A stretch of DNA of 64,000 nucleotides from Neoechinorhynchus agilis (taxonomy: Eukaryota > Animalia > Acanthocephala), in contig CM121342.1 in NCBI GenBank assembly GCA_051530055.1, positions 15,949,480 to 16,013,479 of the forward strand. The letters are read 5' to 3'. Numbering within the stretch: position 1 is the first letter of the stretch; every line of letters starts with the position of its first letter. Positions 60,490 to 64,000 of the stretch are shown here, in pieces. The notes beneath the pieces are model-generated. The model saw nothing but the letters and a program-made list of their open reading frames with translations. It had not been told where the DNA came from and made no database searches. The position numbers and the translations under genes were made by a program.

Positions 60490-61490
60490 TTACGGCTCAC
60501 AGTAAGTTCCCTTGTATTTTAGAATCCCAAGGATTACCATCATTGATCGAAATCTCTTCATTTATTTCTTCAAGCGCCGACGTACTTTAAAGCACTTATT
60601 TACTGCTACTATTTTTTGGTGTGACTTTGTGAGTTGTTTACCAATGTGGACGTTTTATTCTACTTTCCCAACACACAACAACACTCACCAACCGTATATA
60701 TGTACCATGATGTGCGATCGTGTATCATCATGCAACATTCTCCCCCTGTCGTTGGCGTGAACTTTTTCATAAATTGCACCTCCTCCTCATATTCTTCAAT
60801 TGGTCCGGCTCTTCCAAATCACTTCTACTGTTCCATATTCATTATTCACAATCTCTCCCTGGTCCCTGTTACTATGCCGCTCCTTTTCCAACGCCTGTCG
60901 TGATCTGTCTTCGTTTTCCCTTCATACCAAAGTGGTGCTTACAAGCATTATGAAACTCGCACATCACTCTCTCCCTCAAGTTCAACACCCTTAAAATTTA
61001 TCTACTCAAACGCTTCCGACATTTAGAAATCCTTCACTCGATCTCTGCAAATTTTATTTCAGCTTAATTTTACCCTCCCTCACCTACGGTCATCCCGTCT
61101 TTCGCAACCTACCCAAATCCGTCGTACAACTGATTTTCCCCCTCTCACCGAATGCCCTGATACTATTTTCGTAAAACAAACAAAACGCCTATCAACCCTT
61201 CCACCACAATTTCTACCACATATCGCCCACTTTTCTCCCCTTAATCTCGCACCCCCTATATCTACGCTCCTTTTTCCATGCTGCGCAATCTTCTCGCATA
61301 TCATAAGTTGAAATGAATCAGGGAAAGACCAAGCATTCATACAAACAATATCCGCTAATTCCCATAAGAACGGACCTTCCAACTCGACCGGACATCCCAG
61401 ACCAGACGGAATAATTGCGTCTTTATGATGACACAAAGGTACATGTATCTAATTTCTTAAACACAAAAATTAATAAAACGTGTTATCATT
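60490..61490 (+). mobile_element. Diverged CR1/L2-like LINE 3' fragment
   Basis: RT C-terminal remnants and the same terminal motif (aactcgaccgg…caaaggtacat…aataaaacgtgttatcattt). Confidence 0.7.
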
Positions 61491-61569
61491 TAAATGTTTC
61501 GGACTCATAAGTGACGTTCTCGTTGTTTTGCTGGGGTTTTTATGACCGTGAAATAGCTCAAACGTCATA

Positions 61570-62470
61570 TTCAGTACAATGGTTGCTGTACTGAATGTGT
61601 TCAATGTCAGAATGAAGAAGTGTATTCGAAATAGAAGAAACATTCTCGAGATAAAGTGTAGATTTCATTGCAACTAAAAAGTTTGGTTAGAAACTCAACT
61701 TCAACAAGTTGAGTAATCGTTGAAGCTAGCAAAAATCGACGCCTAATGTAAAACTGTAGCGAGAGCATTTCGGATAAAGACAGAGATTGCCGATTAAAAC
61801 AAGTTGTTCATTTATTGGTAAGAATTCCCAAAAGATAACAAAACGTGTTTCGTACCTTCAATTAGCGTCGTAAGAAAAATATTTGGATTCTGGTTAGAAA
61901 TAATTGCATTAAATTAAGTCGATTTTCGTTCAGTGTTGGAAACACGATTGTTCTCTCTTGATTCTAAGCGCATTCGATTCTATCTTTTTTCCAACTTGAG
62001 AGACCTGCATGGTATCCGGAACATACAAGACATAATCTCTGCATCCCTGGTGATAGATGTACGTTACATCGAAGCATTTCACGAATCGGTATAAGTAGAC
62101 GAGAAATCCTCGAATATAGTCGCTTCGATAGCACAATTGTGCTGTAATCTTGAGAGGTTCACCACATCGGTCAACATTCACAGTAGAATTAATAAGACTT
62201 TCCTTCAAAACGTCACATTCAGTACAATGGTTGCTGTACTGATTGTGTTCAATGTCAGATTGAACACCAATTGATGGTAATCCGGAAAAAAGATGCACGA
62301 AAATGAAGAAGTGTATTCGAAATAGAAGAAACATTCTCGAGATAAAGTGTAGATTTCATTGCAACTAAAAAGTTTGGTTAGAAACTCCACTTCACCAAGT
62401 TGAGTAATCGTTGAAGCTAGCAAAAAATCGCAGCCTTAAGTAAAACAGAAGCGAGAGCGTTTCGGATAAA
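61570..62470. repeat. Local direct duplication of ~230-270 bp (61570-61800 and 62218-62470)
   Basis: Shared ttcagtacaatggttgctgtactga…gcgagagc. The copy at 61570 lacks ~41 nt. Confidence 0.9.
61930..62334 (-). CDS. Putative secreted Cys-rich protein; 3' end possibly spliced
   Basis: Signal-peptide-like MFLLFRIHFFIFVHLFSG, then six cysteines (CTEC…RC…LC…KC…GC). Confidence 0.4.
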   Translation of the reverse strand: MFLLFRIHFFIFVHLFSGLPSIGVQSDIEHNQYSNHCTECDVLKESLINSTVNVDRCGEPLKITAQLCYRSDYIRGFLVYLYRFVKCFDVTYIYHQGCRDYVLYVPDTMQVSQVGKKIESNALRIKREQSCFQH

Positions 62471-62829
62471 GGCAACGATTGACGGCTTTAAAATGATGGC
62501 ATTTTATTCCTCATTAGCGACTCTCCGATTAGCAATTGAACCAAAACGCGCAATTCATTACATCATAGTCAACTGAACAAATTGTACATTGATGATTCTG
62601 ATCGAAAAAACTGAAAAGTAAGCAATTAGACGAACAAACTCAAATAGTCTCAGATGAATTTTGCGTGTAATCTTTACATTGTTTTCAGAAGAGTGTCATT
62701 TTTATTAACACTCATTGGAGCTGTTGTCCGGGTACACAATTCCATTATGGAAAGTGGAAGCATTGATACATAAAGGAAACAGAATTAAACGTACTAACTT
62801 GCCGCAAACGACTGATCTTAGCTCTGAAT

Positions 62830-64000
62830 AACCTTAATCGAATTAAGGAGATACGTATCATGAAGTTGGACAAAGGCAGAGGATTCTATTTTGTAGTTGA
62901 AGAACACTACCACAGAATGGCTGCGGATATCTTGTCGGGTCCAGAGTTCCGATCTAATAATGTATGCTCCACTACAAAACGAGAAAATATGTTCAACCGA
63001 TATCTACTTACACTAAAGAAGCATGGAAGGATTGATGAGCAAATATACCAAAAACAACTTTCCAGCAACGGATTTACACCTAACATGTACTTATTGGCCA
63101 AAGTTCATAAGTCTCCAATAAAGGCTAGGCCAATTATTGCATCGCATTCTGCATATAGTACGAAAACAACTCGGACATTGGCTACCATATTAAGAAACTT
63201 AATGCCTCCGGGTAAGCACACAGTATCATCAGGTGTGGAGTCCATAGGGAGATTGAAGGCGCACGCATGTGCAGAATATAGAATGATTTCTGCTGATGTC
63301 AAGTCTCTATTCACAAACGTTCCACTGGACTCAGCAATCAACCTTGCCATTCCCATACTTCAACGCAATATGGAAGGCTGGAACTTAGCTGAATCCGAAT
63401 GGAAGTAACTCTTACACATGTGCATGAGAAATACGAATTTTAACTTCGAAGGCAAGAGCTATGACCAAGCAGATGGACTGTCCATCCCCAGTTAGGCTAA
63501 GAACGTTTCAAGCCTACCGGGTGTGAAATTCTGGCAAAGATACGTAGATGATACGTTTATCTTAATCGACAAGTCCACAGAACCGGAAAAGTATGCTCAC
63601 GTGCTGAATTCCAAGCACAGCAACATCCAATGGCCACCGTGGACTCGGAGAATCATAATGCGATCCTTTTTTGGAAGTGTTGAGAACGCGAAAAGGAGTA
63701 GAATTTGAGACCACTGTCTATGCCGAAAGATTGGTATACCATCTGGCATTGTCCCTCATTCATTACAATGGCATCAATTAAACATAAAATAGCTAGGATT
63801 AAGTCGCTATTTTGCCGGGCCTATAACTATTGCTCAAACCAAAACTTAGCGAGGAACTTGAATTTCTGTAGAGCATGCTAAAAGGAAAGGGCTATCCAAT
63901 CGACTTGATAAGAAGAGCGGTAGCTGCAGGGCCTTCTATGCAAAGAAAACTATGTGCCAAAAGTCAAAACAAAAAGCACTTATAGGTGCACCATTTCGTC
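62830..64000 (+). mobile_element. Decayed Penelope-like RT, running off the window
   Basis: KLDKGRG, PNMYLLAKVHK…RPII, ISADVKSLFTNVP, NFNFEGKSYDQADG and WQRYVDDTF, with stops and a deletion at the MGS motif. Confidence 0.88.

Noticed and set aside
1-64000. rRNA, tRNA or snRNA genes; species identification
   Set aside because: No convincing RNA-gene sequence was seen. Gene content indicates an invertebrate animal, but the taxon cannot be fixed without a database search.

Overview
AT-rich animal (invertebrate) nuclear DNA, not prokaryotic. The genome is compact: introns are mostly about 30-70 nt and several long CDSs have none. I found no rRNA, tRNA or CRISPR array. Recognisable host genes are eIF3m, an Emi1/Rca1-like ZBR protein, a probable remote ICE2/NARG2 homologue, RPAP3, MRPL28, LSM3, a Shisa-like membrane protein, a CNGA-type channel, a DIPP-type Nudix hydrolase, an MCMDC2-like gene and ELL, plus several orphan ORFs. 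These are interleaved with retroelements: one near-intact Penelope-like element (RT plus GIY-YIG) ending in a minimal hammerhead ribozyme motif, three decayed PLE copies, about seven pieces of one APE-type LINE family, a Jockey/I-like LINE, three CRE-like RLE remnants and a Gypsy integrase remnant. The most notable observations are (1) hammerhead motifs in several contexts, including both arms of a 680-bp foldback; (2) a structured, A-tailed ~190-bp insertion present in only one of two duplicate segments; (3) a 3' splice acceptor directly before the ATG of most genes plus a tightly spaced LSM3-MRPL28 pair, suggesting SL trans-splicing and operons; (4) a duplicated 133-aa orphan gene whose copies differ almost only at non-synonymous sites; (5) recurring one-base frame offsets at short homopolymers, including a G_GGU_UUU site in the Penelope ORF, which may be assembly error or recoding. 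All family assignments come from motif recognition by eye, with no database search.
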